Shown piece after piece: positions 10,121 to 20,309 of a DNA stretch of 64,000 nt; positions within the stretch are counted from its first letter, which is position 1; each line of letters opens with the position of its first letter. The stretch is from contig NZ_CALYPR010000002.1 of assembly GCF_945277285.1 (NCBI RefSeq), positions 69,214-133,213 on the forward strand, given 5' to 3'. Below the pieces are notes generated by a model, which saw only the letters and a program-made list of their open reading frames with translations, was not told where the DNA came from and did no database searches. The position numbers and the translations under genes were made by a program. This stretch comes from an uncultured Bartonella sp. Its GTDB lineage: Bacteria; Pseudomonadota; Alphaproteobacteria; Rhizobiales; Rhizobiaceae.

Positions 10121-11845
10121 ATGACTTTAATAGCCTTGATTGATGGTGCGGCAGGTGAAGTCCACACTTTGCTTGCCCGCGAAGTTCTTCAAAAAGCCGC
10201 GGAGGATAAAGGCGAAGCTTTAAGCCTTGAAATTGTCGATCCCGATGCCAAACCGCGTGTACCGAAAGATGGCAAGGGCGATTTTCTTCTTCTTGTCAGC
10301 AATCGTGCCGATTGGCAGAAAGACCATTTCGCTCGTCAGGACGGGCAACTGAAAAAAATCACTTTCGAGGAGCTTTTCAAAAACCCTGCCGCCGCTTTTC
10401 CCGATTTCAAAAGGAAAGACGAAGTTAGCAAAACCGACAGGAAAGAAAGTGCTGACGTGGCCAAAGACCGGAACTTGAAAATTGTGGCCGTCACGTCGTG
10501 CCCGACAGGCATTGCCCACACTTTTATGGCGGCCGAAGGTTTAACCGGGGCAGGAAAAGCTTTAGGCCACGAAATACGGGTGGAAACACAAGGATCTGTC
10601 GGTGCCGGCACACCGCTAACAGCCAAAGAAATAGCCAATGCCGACCTTGTGATTATTGCCGCCGACCGCGAGGTCGACCGCAGCCGCTTTGCCGGCAAAC
10701 GGGTGTTTTCCTGCCCGACAAAACCGGCCATCAATGATGGCGAGGCGTTAATCAAAAAAGCCATACAAAGTGCCGAGGTGCAAAAGCAGAATGCTGCTGA
10801 CAACGCAGCCGAGGAGGCAACCGAATCCGCAGGCGGGGTATATAAGCACCTGATGACCGGCGTGTCCTTCATGTTGCCGTTTGTGGTTGCCGGCGGGTTG
10901 CTGATTGCGCTTTCCTTTGCCATTGGCGGGCTAAATGCAGAGCATGCAGACGGTACATTTGCCAAGACACTTTTTGGTATTGGTAAATTTGGTGGCCTCT
11001 TCCTTATGGTTCCGGTACTTGCGGGCTTTATTGCCTATTCCATTGCCGACCGGCCGGGCATTGCTCCGGGCATGATTGGCGGCTTGCTTGCGCAAAATAT
11101 CGGTGCCGGTTTTATCGGCGGCATTTTTGCCGGTTTCATTGCCGGCTATTTGGTTCAGCTTACAATCAAAGTTGTTAAATTGCCAAAAAGCCTGCAAGGC
11201 TTGATGCCGGTTTTGATTTTACCTCTGATCGTGACACTTATTACAGGTCTATTGATGGTTTATGTCGTTGGTCCTCCTGTCGCGGTAATACTTAGCCTCT
11301 TGATAGAGTGGCTCAAAGGCTTGCAAGGCACCAATGCTTATCTGCTTGGTGCAGTTATTGGCGGCATGATGGCGGTTGATATGGGTGGCCCCGTCAATAA
11401 GGCGGCCTATGCCACTTCGGTTGCGCTGATTGCCGAAGGTGTTTATGAGCCAATGGCCGCGACAATGATTGCCGGCATGACCCCGCCCATGGCACTAGCT
11501 CTAGCCGCATGGCTATTTCCAAACCGCTTCACGGCTGACGAACGAGCGTCAAAAGTATCGATTTTTATTCTGGGGCTCGTTTTCATCAGCGAGGGGGCGA
11601 TTCCATTTGCAGCGCGTGATCCATTGCGTGTCATTCCCTCGCTTGTTATCGGCTCGGCGGTAGCCGGTGCCATTGCCTTGGGATTGGGAACGGGGCTGAA
11701 AGGTCCCCATGGCGGTATTTTCTTGGCCTTTATTCCCGGTGTGGTCATCAATTATGTCGGCTATTTTGCTGCCCTTATTGCCGGAACCATTGCCACAACA
11801 CTGGCACTCGGCATTTTGAAAAAACCGGCGGTAAAAGTTGCCTGA
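10121..11845 (+). CDS. fruA: PTS fructose-specific EIIB'BC component
   Basis: ORF 10103..11845. ATG 10121 preferred (AGGGAGAA upstream). EIIB Cys motif VTSCPTGIAHTFMAAE followed by a polytopic EIIC domain. Confidence 0.9.
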   Translation: MTLIALIDGAAGEVHTLLAREVLQKAAEDKGEALSLEIVDPDAKPRVPKDGKGDFLLLVSNRADWQKDHFARQDGQLKKITFEELFKNPAAAFPDFKRKDEVSKTDRKESADVAKDRNLKIVAVTSCPTGIAHTFMAAEGLTGAGKALGHEIRVETQGSVGAGTPLTAKEIANADLVIIAADREVDRSRFAGKRVFSCPTKPAINDGEALIKKAIQSAEVQKQNAADNAAEEATESAGGVYKHLMTGVSFMLPFVVAGGLLIALSFAIGGLNAEHADGTFAKTLFGIGKFGGLFLMVPVLAGFIAYSIADRPGIAPGMIGGLLAQNIGAGFIGGIFAGFIAGYLVQLTIKVVKLPKSLQGLMPVLILPLIVTLITGLLMVYVVGPPVAVILSLLIEWLKGLQGTNAYLLGAVIGGMMAVDMGGPVNKAAYATSVALIAEGVYEPMAATMIAGMTPPMALALAAWLFPNRFTADERASKVSIFILGLVFISEGAIPFAARDPLRVIPSLVIGSAVAGAIALGLGTGLKGPHGGIFLAFIPGVVINYVGYFAALIAGTIATTLALGILKKPAVKVA

Positions 11846-11930
11846 AGATTTATGCAAAGTGCGAGAAAGCCGGCTTTGAAAAACTGCAAAATGGCTATAT
11901 TGAAAGCCGTTTTTAAAGCCAACCGGTAAA

Positions 11931-11965
11931 GTGTAGGGGGAAAAGCCCCCCCCCACACATTTTTG
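11931..11965 (+). terminator. Rho-independent terminator after fruA
   Basis: GTGTAGGGGG-aaaag-CCCCCCCCCACAC followed by ATTTTTG, 86 nt after the fruA stop. Confidence 0.7.
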
Positions 11966-12122
11966 TGGTTACCCCTTTTGAAGCTGATAGGGTCTTGCTT
12001 TTCAAAGCCGCGCTTTAACCTAGTAGCGCTGTTGAAACATTAAAAATTCGGTAATTTCCGGTACTGTTTCAATGTTTAAAAATTTGCCGGCAAGATGATC
12101 GCGCAAATGGCTTTATTTCAAA

Positions 12123-14378
12123 CTAGAAAGTGTAACGGCCGCTGATAAAATAGGTTCGTCCCGCTTCCGGAAAACCGCTTTCAAGCTCGTAATTCTCGTC
12201 GCTGATATTGCGGATGCCGGCGTTCAGGCTGGCATTTTTGTTAAAGGCATATTCGGCTGAAATATTGCCCAGAACAAAACCGTCGGTCTTTTTATATTCG
12301 CGTTGGAACGGCCCCTGATTATAGCGCGATGAATTGTATTCGATGCTCGGAACAATGGTCAGTTTTTCATAAGGTAACCATTTTGCATAGAAAAAAGCCT
12401 TGTGTTCGGGCCGGTTGGTCACCCGGATATCGTCTTCGGAAGGCGAGTCAATATTGCCATGCATAAAGGTGTAATTGCCGCCAAGAGTGAGGTTTTCGCG
12501 CGCCTGCCATTCGCTTGTGAGTTCCACCCCCTTATAATTGGCAGAACCGACATTGCGGTTTTGTGCCATTTCCTTGCCGTCATCATTATAAATTCCAAGA
12601 TAAACGCCATCAATCATGTCATCAATGTCGTTATAAAATAAGGCTGCGGAAAGCTTGAAATCTGCCGTCAGCCAGTCCGACCAGCCGATTTCATAATTGG
12701 TGGCACGTTCGGCTTTTAAATCGGGATTGGGAAGGGCAGCACCGAAACGGGCTGAAAACCGGTCTTTCAGTGTGGGAAAACGAGTGCGGTCGGAAACGCT
12801 TGCATGAACCTCTCCGGTTGCCGAAATGTGGTTGATTGCGGCAAACTGCCAATTTAGCGCATCATCATTGGTCAGGCGGTACTGTGCCTTGTCGCGGCTT
12901 CCTTGAACAATATAATCGGCACGTTTCAGATCGCGATAATCATAGCTTATGCCACCCACAAGATCGAGTGTTTTGGTCGCGTGGAAAGTATTTTCCAAAG
13001 CCGCCGACATGACATTTTCATGGTCTTCGGTATCCGGTTCGCGGGTAGCGTTTTTCATGTCGGGGCGCTTGAAGTTTTCTTCCTCGTGTTCGTCGCGGCG
13101 AAAATGCAATGCGGCTTTGAGTGTATTCATCGCAATCAGATCTGTCCCGCCTTCGATAGACCCGCCGAAACCCTTGTCATGATAGGTTGAATCGAATGAT
13201 TTCGGCTTGAATTGGGTGTTGAAATGATAGTCGTCATAACTTGAAATGGAATTATCGAAGAAAGCATAATAAAGTTTGCTGTTGATATAGGATTTGTCGC
13301 CAATTTCCGTATGGGTTGCCGTTGATACGGTTTCGACATCCCACTCCGGCCATTTCCAGTTTTTCTGGTAGTCGGATTGTTTGCCGCCTTTGGAAAGCCC
13401 GTCAACCGGCCGGTCAACTGCATAAAGCAGGTTCTTTTCCCCTTCCTGCTTGGTGTAGTTGATGGTGTACTCGTCTGTTTCATTGGGGGTAAAGCCCAGT
13501 TTGAAATTGCCGCGCCAGTCATTGACAGAGGAAAAATCCCGTCTGCCACCATCTTCAATTACGGCTCCGCCAACTGCCACCGGATCATATTTGCGCGACA
13601 TGAAAAAGCCGTCGCTATCACGATAGGCACCGCTCGCCTGCAAATAGAAACTTTCCTGCTTGCTGCCGACAAAAGCCGATGTCACATAATCGGCGACAGA
13701 GCCCCTGTTGCCAAAATTGACTGTCGGCCTTATTTCACCTTCCAGAGCTTTTGTGGGTTTGCGGGTCACAAGGTTGACTTCACCACCCATACCGCCCGGC
13801 CCGTTCAACACCGAAACATAGCCTTTTTGCACCTGTATCTCGGCCAGATCAGGCGTTAAAAACCGGCCGGCATCAAGGCCGTTGTCATAAGGCAGATAAA
13901 CCTGAATTCCATCAATCATCAACGGCGCCTGATCCATGTCGAAGCCGCGGATATAATATTTTTGTTCGTTGCGGGTTGTGCCGGTATTTTGAATTGTCAC
14001 ACCGGGAACAATTTTGAGCGCGTCATCAAGTGAATTGCGGTTGTAGGTGCGCACATCATCGGCTGTGACCGTGTCTTGGGAAATTGTCTGGCCGGCTGTC
14101 TGCCCCGATAGACCGCTGGTACTATAAACAGTAATCTTGCCCAGTTCATAAACCCCGGGAATTGCAATATTTTTGTTGTCTGCCGTCGGTTGCAATTTTG
14201 TGCCGGGAGCAGCCTTTTTGGCCGCCGGCTTGCTATTGTTATTGTCGTCACTTGCGGCATTGCCTTTGTCATCGCTTGTGACAAGAGGAGCCGTGCTATT
14301 TTCGGCAATAGCCGGTAAAACCATACCTGTGGTTGAGAGGATGCCTATGACAACGCATTGTTGATATTTTTTTAACAT
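12123..14378 (-). CDS. TonB-dependent outer-membrane receptor
   Basis: 751 aa. Signal peptide, plug region (ITVYSTSG.., LDDALKIVPGVTIQN, GIQVYLPYDNG) and a barrel ending ..FISGRYTF. Confidence 0.9.
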   Translation of the reverse strand: MLKKYQQCVVIGILSTTGMVLPAIAENSTAPLVTSDDKGNAASDDNNNSKPAAKKAAPGTKLQPTADNKNIAIPGVYELGKITVYSTSGLSGQTAGQTISQDTVTADDVRTYNRNSLDDALKIVPGVTIQNTGTTRNEQKYYIRGFDMDQAPLMIDGIQVYLPYDNGLDAGRFLTPDLAEIQVQKGYVSVLNGPGGMGGEVNLVTRKPTKALEGEIRPTVNFGNRGSVADYVTSAFVGSKQESFYLQASGAYRDSDGFFMSRKYDPVAVGGAVIEDGGRRDFSSVNDWRGNFKLGFTPNETDEYTINYTKQEGEKNLLYAVDRPVDGLSKGGKQSDYQKNWKWPEWDVETVSTATHTEIGDKSYINSKLYYAFFDNSISSYDDYHFNTQFKPKSFDSTYHDKGFGGSIEGGTDLIAMNTLKAALHFRRDEHEEENFKRPDMKNATREPDTEDHENVMSAALENTFHATKTLDLVGGISYDYRDLKRADYIVQGSRDKAQYRLTNDDALNWQFAAINHISATGEVHASVSDRTRFPTLKDRFSARFGAALPNPDLKAERATNYEIGWSDWLTADFKLSAALFYNDIDDMIDGVYLGIYNDDGKEMAQNRNVGSANYKGVELTSEWQARENLTLGGNYTFMHGNIDSPSEDDIRVTNRPEHKAFFYAKWLPYEKLTIVPSIEYNSSRYNQGPFQREYKKTDGFVLGNISAEYAFNKNASLNAGIRNISDENYELESGFPEAGRTYFISGRYTF

Positions 14379-14480
14379 GACAAATAATCCGGTAGAAAAG
14401 TGGGGGCGGGATCAGCGTCTTTTTTCCAAAAAGTTCCGTCTTGCTTTTCGTCTCTAATGGGGGCATTTACTAAAAAACGC

Positions 14481-14503
14481 GCTATATAGTTTATCTATAT
14501 AAC
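14481..14503. promoter_or_regulatory. conserved 23-bp motif GCTATATAGT-TTAT-CTATATAAC (copy 1)
   Basis: Lies in the divergent region between the TonB receptor (12123..14378) and the ABC binding protein (14604..). 19/23 identical to 18588-18610 upstream of the LLM oxidoreductase. Function is inferred only. Confidence 0.4.
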
Positions 14504-14603
14504 GAGTCATCGTGTTACGGTTTTTTATAACGGCTGTAAAGGATGGAAGAAAAAATTTTTAAGCAAACATTAATTTCTTATCAAGGAAAATCGAGGTTTT
14601 TCA

Positions 14604-15638
14604 ATGGTGATGTGGCGGTTTATCGTTCTTCTCATTTGTTTGTCGGTGTCGTTTACTGCCAAATCGCGTGAAATTGTCGATGCAACCGGCCAGTCCACTG
14701 ACGTGCCCGACCATATTGAACGCGTCATTGCCGCTGGCCCGCCAGCCGCAATCTTCCTTTATAGTCTCGCACCCGATTTAATGTTGGGCTGGCCCAGCCG
14801 TTTTAACGATAAAATAATCGGCTTTCTGGGCGAGCCGGCCAAATCCATGCCGGTTATCGGCTCTATTGGTGGCAAGACAGGCAGTGAAAGCAATATCGAA
14901 CGTCTCATGATGTTAAAGCCGGATCTGATTATCGACCTTGGCAATAGCGGCAGCACCAATGTTTCAATTGCTCAAAGGGCCAAAAACCGCACCAAAATTC
15001 CTTTTCTTCTTTATGAAGGGCGTTTGACGGCGCTACCACATGCCTATCGGGAAGTCGGCGCCCTGTTGGGCAAAAAGGCAGAAGGCGAAATGCGCGCCGA
15101 ATGGATAGAAAAGCGGCTTGATGAAATAAAACAGGTTGTCGAAAAGGTGCCTTATGACAAACGTCCGCGCATCTATTATGCCCGCGGTCAAAGCGGGCTT
15201 GAAAGCGGCGCCAGCCAATCCATCCATGCCGAAACAATAGAATTTTCCGGCGGCCGCAATGTTACCGGCGAAGCAATGGGAAATCAGGGCATTTTGCATT
15301 TGTCGATGGACGAAATCATGGCATTTGATCCGGATATGATTGTTGCTTCCGACCCCCGTTTTATCGAAACAATCAAAAGCGACGCGAATTGGCAGAATCT
15401 GCGTGCCGTCAAGAATGGCAAAGTTGTTGTTGCCCCCTCGCTTCCTTTCAGCACCATTGATATGCCTCCCTCGGTTAACCGTGTGATTGGTGCAGTGTGG
15501 CTTACCAACAAACTCTATCCGGAACTTTACCCCATTGATATGACCAGACAAATCGAGGAATTCTATTCTCTGTTCTATCATGTGAAGCTGGATGAAAAGG
15601 GTGTCTTGAACCTTTTTCAATTGCCGGAAAGCAAATGA
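14604..15638 (+). CDS. ABC transporter periplasmic binding protein (FecB/BtuF-type, iron-chelate/haem/cobalamin class)
   Basis: 344 aa with a signal peptide MVMWRFIVLLICLSVSFTA. Class III binding-protein context with a FecCD permease and ATPase immediately downstream. Confidence 0.8.
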   Translation: MVMWRFIVLLICLSVSFTAKSREIVDATGQSTDVPDHIERVIAAGPPAAIFLYSLAPDLMLGWPSRFNDKIIGFLGEPAKSMPVIGSIGGKTGSESNIERLMMLKPDLIIDLGNSGSTNVSIAQRAKNRTKIPFLLYEGRLTALPHAYREVGALLGKKAEGEMRAEWIEKRLDEIKQVVEKVPYDKRPRIYYARGQSGLESGASQSIHAETIEFSGGRNVTGEAMGNQGILHLSMDEIMAFDPDMIVASDPRFIETIKSDANWQNLRAVKNGKVVVAPSLPFSTIDMPPSVNRVIGAVWLTNKLYPELYPIDMTRQIEEFYSLFYHVKLDEKGVLNLFQLPESK

Positions 15639-16636
15639 TGCGAAGCACTCTCGTTCCGGCAAGCCTTATTGTGATCGGGCTTTTTGCTGTCATCATCGTC
15701 AATCTTGCTGTGGGAGCCTATCCGGTATCGTTTTATGATCTTTTCCGGTGGCTTGCATGGCGTTTTGCTTTGTCATCGCCTCCCGATAAAAACATCATCA
15801 TTATCGTCGAGAATATCAGGGCTCCGCGAATAGTGGCAGCCCTTCTTATCGGTGCCAGCCTTTCTTGTGCGGGGGCTGCCTATCAAAGTCTGTTCCGCAA
15901 TCCACTGGTGTCGCCGGATCTATTGGCTGTCTCGTCGGGGGCCGCCTTTGGCGCATCATTGTCCATTCTTTTTTCGTTAAGCTTTTTTATGCTGCAATTG
16001 AGCGCCTTTATCGGCGGTGTCTTTGCTGTTCTCATTGTGTTGACCATTGCCTATTTTGCCCGCCGTCGCGACAGAATATTGGCACTTGTTCTTGCCGGTA
16101 TTGTGGTCAGTGCCCTTTTGGGATCCGCGGTTTCTCTGGTCAAAATTCTGGCGGACCCTTATGAACAATTGCCGCTTTTAACCTTCTGGCTTTTAGGCAG
16201 CCTGTCGCGCATACAATCTTTTGAAATCTATCCGCTGGCACCGGTTTTTGTTGTTGCAACCGCTGCCATTATTGTTATGCGCTCGCGCATTGATGTGATG
16301 AGTGTGGGGGAAGAAGAAGCGCAAACCCTCGGCATTCATACCGGCCATATCCGCCTTGCCGTCATTGTGCTTGCCACGCTGTTAACTTCGGCGGCGGTTT
16401 CAATCTCCGGCATAATCGGCTGGGTGGGGCTGGTTGTTCCCCATATTGCACGCATGATGGTGGGGCCATCTTTCGGCCGAATGGGGATTTTGTCGGCATT
16501 GTTCGGCGGTCTGTTTCTGATCTTTGTCGATACATTGGCAAGAACACTTGCAGCAGTCGAAATTCCGTTGGGCATTCTCACAGCACTAATCGGCGCACCG
16601 ATTTTTGTTTTTTTGCTGGTGAAAGGAAAACAATGA
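15635..16636 (+). CDS. FecCD-family ABC permease
   Basis: 333 aa, about 9-10 TM segments, family-typical GAAYQSLFRNPLVSPDLL.. region. 4-nt overlap with the upstream gene. Confidence 0.9.
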   Translation: MMRSTLVPASLIVIGLFAVIIVNLAVGAYPVSFYDLFRWLAWRFALSSPPDKNIIIIVENIRAPRIVAALLIGASLSCAGAAYQSLFRNPLVSPDLLAVSSGAAFGASLSILFSLSFFMLQLSAFIGGVFAVLIVLTIAYFARRRDRILALVLAGIVVSALLGSAVSLVKILADPYEQLPLLTFWLLGSLSRIQSFEIYPLAPVFVVATAAIIVMRSRIDVMSVGEEEAQTLGIHTGHIRLAVIVLATLLTSAAVSISGIIGWVGLVVPHIARMMVGPSFGRMGILSALFGGLFLIFVDTLARTLAAVEIPLGILTALIGAPIFVFLLVKGKQ

Positions 16637-17406
16637 CCGACAATGTGCTTTTATCGGTAAAAGATCTTGCAACCGCCCATCACAAACAAAGGGTAAGCGA
16701 CGGTATCACTTTTACATTAAAAAAGGCACAAAGTCTGTGCATTCTTGGCCCCAATGGCGAAGGCAAAACCACACTGATGAAAACCCTGCTCGGGCTTTTG
16801 CCCGCCTTGTCCGGTTCGATTTTTTATCACGGCAAAGCACTTTCGACATTGCCATTCAAGGCACGCGCACGGCTTTTTTCCTATGTGCCGCAAAATAGCG
16901 CAGTCAATTTTTCCTTCACTGTTCTGCAAATGGTGTTGATGGCCAGAACTTCGCAATTGTCGCTATTTGAGGTTTTCTCGCAACAAATGCACGAGAAGGC
17001 CTTTGCCCTGTTGCAACGGCTGGAAATTGCCGATCTTGCCAACAAAAATTATACGAAGATAAGCGGCGGGCAACGGCAAATGGTGCTCATTGCCCGTGCA
17101 CTTTTCCAGCAATCGGAACTCATTGTTCTTGACGAGCCGACAGCAAGTCTCGACTTTGCCAATCAGGATAAATTGTTGCAGCTTCTCGCCAGACTGAAAA
17201 ATGAAGGCCACAGTATTATTTTTTCCACCCATCAGCCTGATCAGGCTTTCTATTTTTCCGATTACGCGCTTATGCTGAAAGACCGTGGCATGATGGCGAT
17301 TGGCGAAACCGCCAATGTGCTCACCGAAGAAAATCTGAAACATCTCTATCAGGCCGATGTTGCTATTGCCGATCTGGGGGGTAAAAAAATAACCTATATT
17401 CGCTAG
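16633..17406 (+). CDS. ABC transporter ATP-binding protein (iron-chelate type)
   Basis: Walker A GPNGEGKTTL, signature ISGGQRQMVLIARAL, Walker B LIVLDEPTASLD. 4-nt overlap with the permease gene. Confidence 0.9.
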   Translation: MTDNVLLSVKDLATAHHKQRVSDGITFTLKKAQSLCILGPNGEGKTTLMKTLLGLLPALSGSIFYHGKALSTLPFKARARLFSYVPQNSAVNFSFTVLQMVLMARTSQLSLFEVFSQQMHEKAFALLQRLEIADLANKNYTKISGGQRQMVLIARALFQQSELIVLDEPTASLDFANQDKLLQLLARLKNEGHSIIFSTHQPDQAFYFSDYALMLKDRGMMAIGETANVLTEENLKHLYQADVAIADLGGKKITYIR

Positions 17407-17420
17407 AGTTCAATTTTCTA

Positions 17421-18563
17421 TTAGCCAAGTTGCGGCGCAATCTGTTTGACGACTTTTTCCAAAAGCCGCAAATTGAAATCCATGCCGATTTCGTTGGCAA
17501 CCGGCACCATAATGGTATCGGCAAGCATTGCCGCTTCGTCATTTTTCATCAACTCGACAATCTCGTCGCTTGAACCCTTATAGCCTCCTTCAAAGACATT
17601 GCGTGCTTTTTTGTGGTTTGGCCACAAGGTGTGCAGCTTTTCTGTCACTTGGTCAAACTGCTGTTTTTCTTTCTCGCTATCCAAGGGCACCAGTTCACGA
17701 ATAACGGCAATTCTGGGCTTTCTTGTGTGTCCGGCTTTTTGCCATGCTGCAAGATAATGCTTGATATGTTCTTTCTGTCCTGCAAAAGGCATCGGCTTTT
17801 TCTTTGGGTTTGCCTCTTTGGCATATCGGGCAGCTTCCCGGTTTTCCTGTTCTTCTTTTTTCATGTCGTCGGCCAGCACAGGCATTGCATGATCGGGAAA
17901 GGCAGCATTTCTGGCATTGCCACCACTATGGCCTGCACTTTGCAGGTTCAAACCGTGTTTTGCCGCCCATTCGGCACTGGAAAGCGAGCCGGAAGCCCAC
18001 CAGACCCGCTCCAACAAAGTCGGCGAGTGGGGCTCAATGCGCGCCATGCGGTGGTTTACCGGCGCATCGGGAAACGGCACTTCCAGTTCTATTTTCTTTT
18101 CACCTTTCAAAATATCCAAAAAGGCTTCTGCCCGCTCCATGGCCATATCGGTCGGGCTTTTTCCGGCCTTAGGTCGGTAGCCAAAATGTTTCCACCCGTC
18201 AACGGCCGACCACGGTGCACCGCGCCCGAGCCCCAGTTGCAACCGGCCATTCATAATAAGATCTGTTGCACCGGCATTTTCAGCCAGATGTTGCGGGTTT
18301 TCGTAGCGCAGATCAATCACTCCGCTGCCAATTTCGATTTTTTCAGTTTTTGCGCCAATGGCGCTGAGAAGCGGTAAAGGCGAAGACAATGAATCGGAAA
18401 AATGATGGACACGGAAAAAAGCACCATCAACGCCAAGCGCTTCAGCTTGAACCGCCATTTCAATTGTCTGGAGAAAAGCATCTTTTGCGGTTTTTGTGCA
18501 GGAACTCTCGTTATCGTTCCAGCGAACAAAGGAAATAAAAGCAATTTTTTTTTTCATTTTCAC
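17421..18563 (-). CDS. LLM-class (luciferase-like) flavin-dependent oxidoreductase
   Basis: 380 aa. N-terminal pattern IAFISFVRW..QTIEMAVQAEALGVDGAFFRVHHF is typical of luciferase-like monooxygenases. Convergent with the ABC operon. Confidence 0.75.
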   Translation of the reverse strand: MKMKKKIAFISFVRWNDNESSCTKTAKDAFLQTIEMAVQAEALGVDGAFFRVHHFSDSLSSPLPLLSAIGAKTEKIEIGSGVIDLRYENPQHLAENAGATDLIMNGRLQLGLGRGAPWSAVDGWKHFGYRPKAGKSPTDMAMERAEAFLDILKGEKKIELEVPFPDAPVNHRMARIEPHSPTLLERVWWASGSLSSAEWAAKHGLNLQSAGHSGGNARNAAFPDHAMPVLADDMKKEEQENREAARYAKEANPKKKPMPFAGQKEHIKHYLAAWQKAGHTRKPRIAVIRELVPLDSEKEKQQFDQVTEKLHTLWPNHKKARNVFEGGYKGSSDEIVELMKNDEAAMLADTIMVPVANEIGMDFNLRLLEKVVKQIAPQLG

Positions 18564-18587
18564 TGCAATTTCTGGTTGGTATATTGT

Positions 18588-18610
18588 CGCTATATAGTCA
18601 AGCTATATAA
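18588..18610. promoter_or_regulatory. conserved 23-bp motif GCTATATAGT-CAAG-CTATATAAC (copy 2)
   Basis: Lies 25-47 nt upstream of the LLM oxidoreductase start. Second copy of the motif at 14481-14503. Confidence 0.4.
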
Positions 18611-19909
18611 CAGTCAAAATCATATAACACAGAAATTTTTTTGTTCCAGATGAAAGCCGGCTTTTTGCATTTGGATCGTCGCAAAGCTTTTTCCAATTGC
18701 CGGGCCTTTTCAAAAACTTGAAGGGTGCGCTTGAACGTGCGGCTGTTTTTGCTGTTGCGCCTGTTCAGGGCCGTTTGCTGCCCGCCTGATTACCGGTAGC
18801 GTTGCGTTTATATTCTGAAGTGAGTTGTTGTGAAAATTTTTTTAACGGAACACAGAATGTGCCAAAACAAGACAAAACTTTCTGACGGGAAAGATTATTG
18901 GCCCGTAAATAATCAACTTGTAACGATTCCCGTTTTTGCAAAAGTTGCCAACAGGTCTCGTTAAAAGGGCGAGATTTGCTGTTTTTGCAGGCCAGTTTTT
19001 CATTGTGCGCCCATCTGGAAACTTTCTTTAAGTCCAGCATGAAAGGCTGCCGTCCAGACACTTTTGAAGCGGAAAGATATAAAAAGAATACGCCCCTTGC
19101 GGATTACTGGGTGCATTCCATAGAAACCGTTTTGCAGTTCTATGACCTGTCATCCACGCCATAAAGGCCTTGTAAAACGATACAGGAAATTAAACAGAAA
19201 GAGAACCTTATTTCAAAAAAGCAGAAATTTAACAAAACAGTACTCTCGAAGTTTGATTGTGATTGGGTAAGCCCCCAATGCGTCTCAATATTTAGCCGAC
19301 GAAATAAATGGCATAATTCGAAAGGGCAAAAGCAGTATTTTTATTGAAGTCTAAAAACCGTTTTTTAAGTCGTTGCTGCTTTACGGTAGTGTTTAAAAAG
19401 GTTAGAGGCAAAGAACCGGATATGCGTGTTTTTGCACCATTTTAAAAGTTTAAAAGCAACCCTTCTTCAACGCTTCTTCACCTTAGCTTTTCGCGGTTAT
19501 GGGGTTTGCTTTTCGTTTATCTTGGTTTTAAAAAATACGCTTGCCAATATCGCCCACCTATATACATTGCCAAAATGTGTTATGGACTGGGTGGTTGGCG
19601 CGCTTTGCGCTATCTACGGGGCAGAGCTTGCCGCTACACGCTTTATCACAGCCTCGAAAAGTTCGATCTGATCGACAGCACTTATGTTGTGCCGGAAAAA
19701 TCCTAGGCCTTGCCGGTTTCTTATGTGGTGTACTCGGCGTGTCATTCATTGACCTTGCCATTCACACGGCTAAAAAACATTTGAACAAGACCGATTGATT
19801 TTTCTTATTGAGAGCATTTCTACAACTTTTTATTGGGGGAAGAGTTTGGAAATTATCTTTTTAAAGAGAAACTAACTTATTGTTTATTTGCGATATTTTT
19901 TAAAAAATA

Positions 19910-19999
19910 TGGCGGAGAGGGAGGGATTTGAACCCCCGATAGAGTTGCCCCTATGCCGCATTTCGAGTGCGGTGCTTTCAACCACTCAGCCACCTCTCC
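19910..19999 (-). tRNA. tRNA-Ser (anticodon CGA)
   Basis: Reverse complement GGAGAGGTGGCTGAGTGGTTGAAAGCACCGCACTCGAAATGCGGCATAGGGGCAACTCTATCGGGGGTTCAAATCCCTCCCTCTCCGCCA. 7-bp acceptor stem, anticodon loop CTCGAAA, long variable arm, T-loop GGTTCAAATCC and an encoded CCA. Confidence 0.95.
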
Positions 20000-20309
20000 A
20001 ACAAGGCAAACGATCTTGCATAAGCAAAATTTTGAGTGCTTTAGCGGCTAAATAGCTGGCAATTTTGTTTCACACAAGCCCCTTTTTTGATTTTTTACGG
20101 GGCTTTTATGGTTTTTCTCGCTGCAATTGATTGACTTTGGCTAAAAACTTCGGCATAAGTTGCCGGAAGGCGTAGTGCGTCTGCGCTTTGACGAGACGTG
20201 GCGAATCCTGTAAGGCTCTCGCTATTCATTTTAAACGACTGATAAAAAGACGGGCGGTTTTTCAAAACTTGCTGAAAGACAAGATCCGGATGGAACGAAA
20301 GGGTTAAAA

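Noticed and set aside
14379-14603. Cobalamin riboswitch or Fur box in the TonB receptor / ABC divergent region
   Set aside because: I found no B12-box-like sequence and no GATAATGATAATCATTATC-like 19-mer. Only the 23-bp CTATATA motif is reported.
18765-19061. 98-aa minus-strand ORF near tRNA-Ser as a possible integrase remnant
   Set aside because: The translation has no tyrosine-recombinase motifs (R..HxxR..Y) and no convincing RBS. It is left unannotated.
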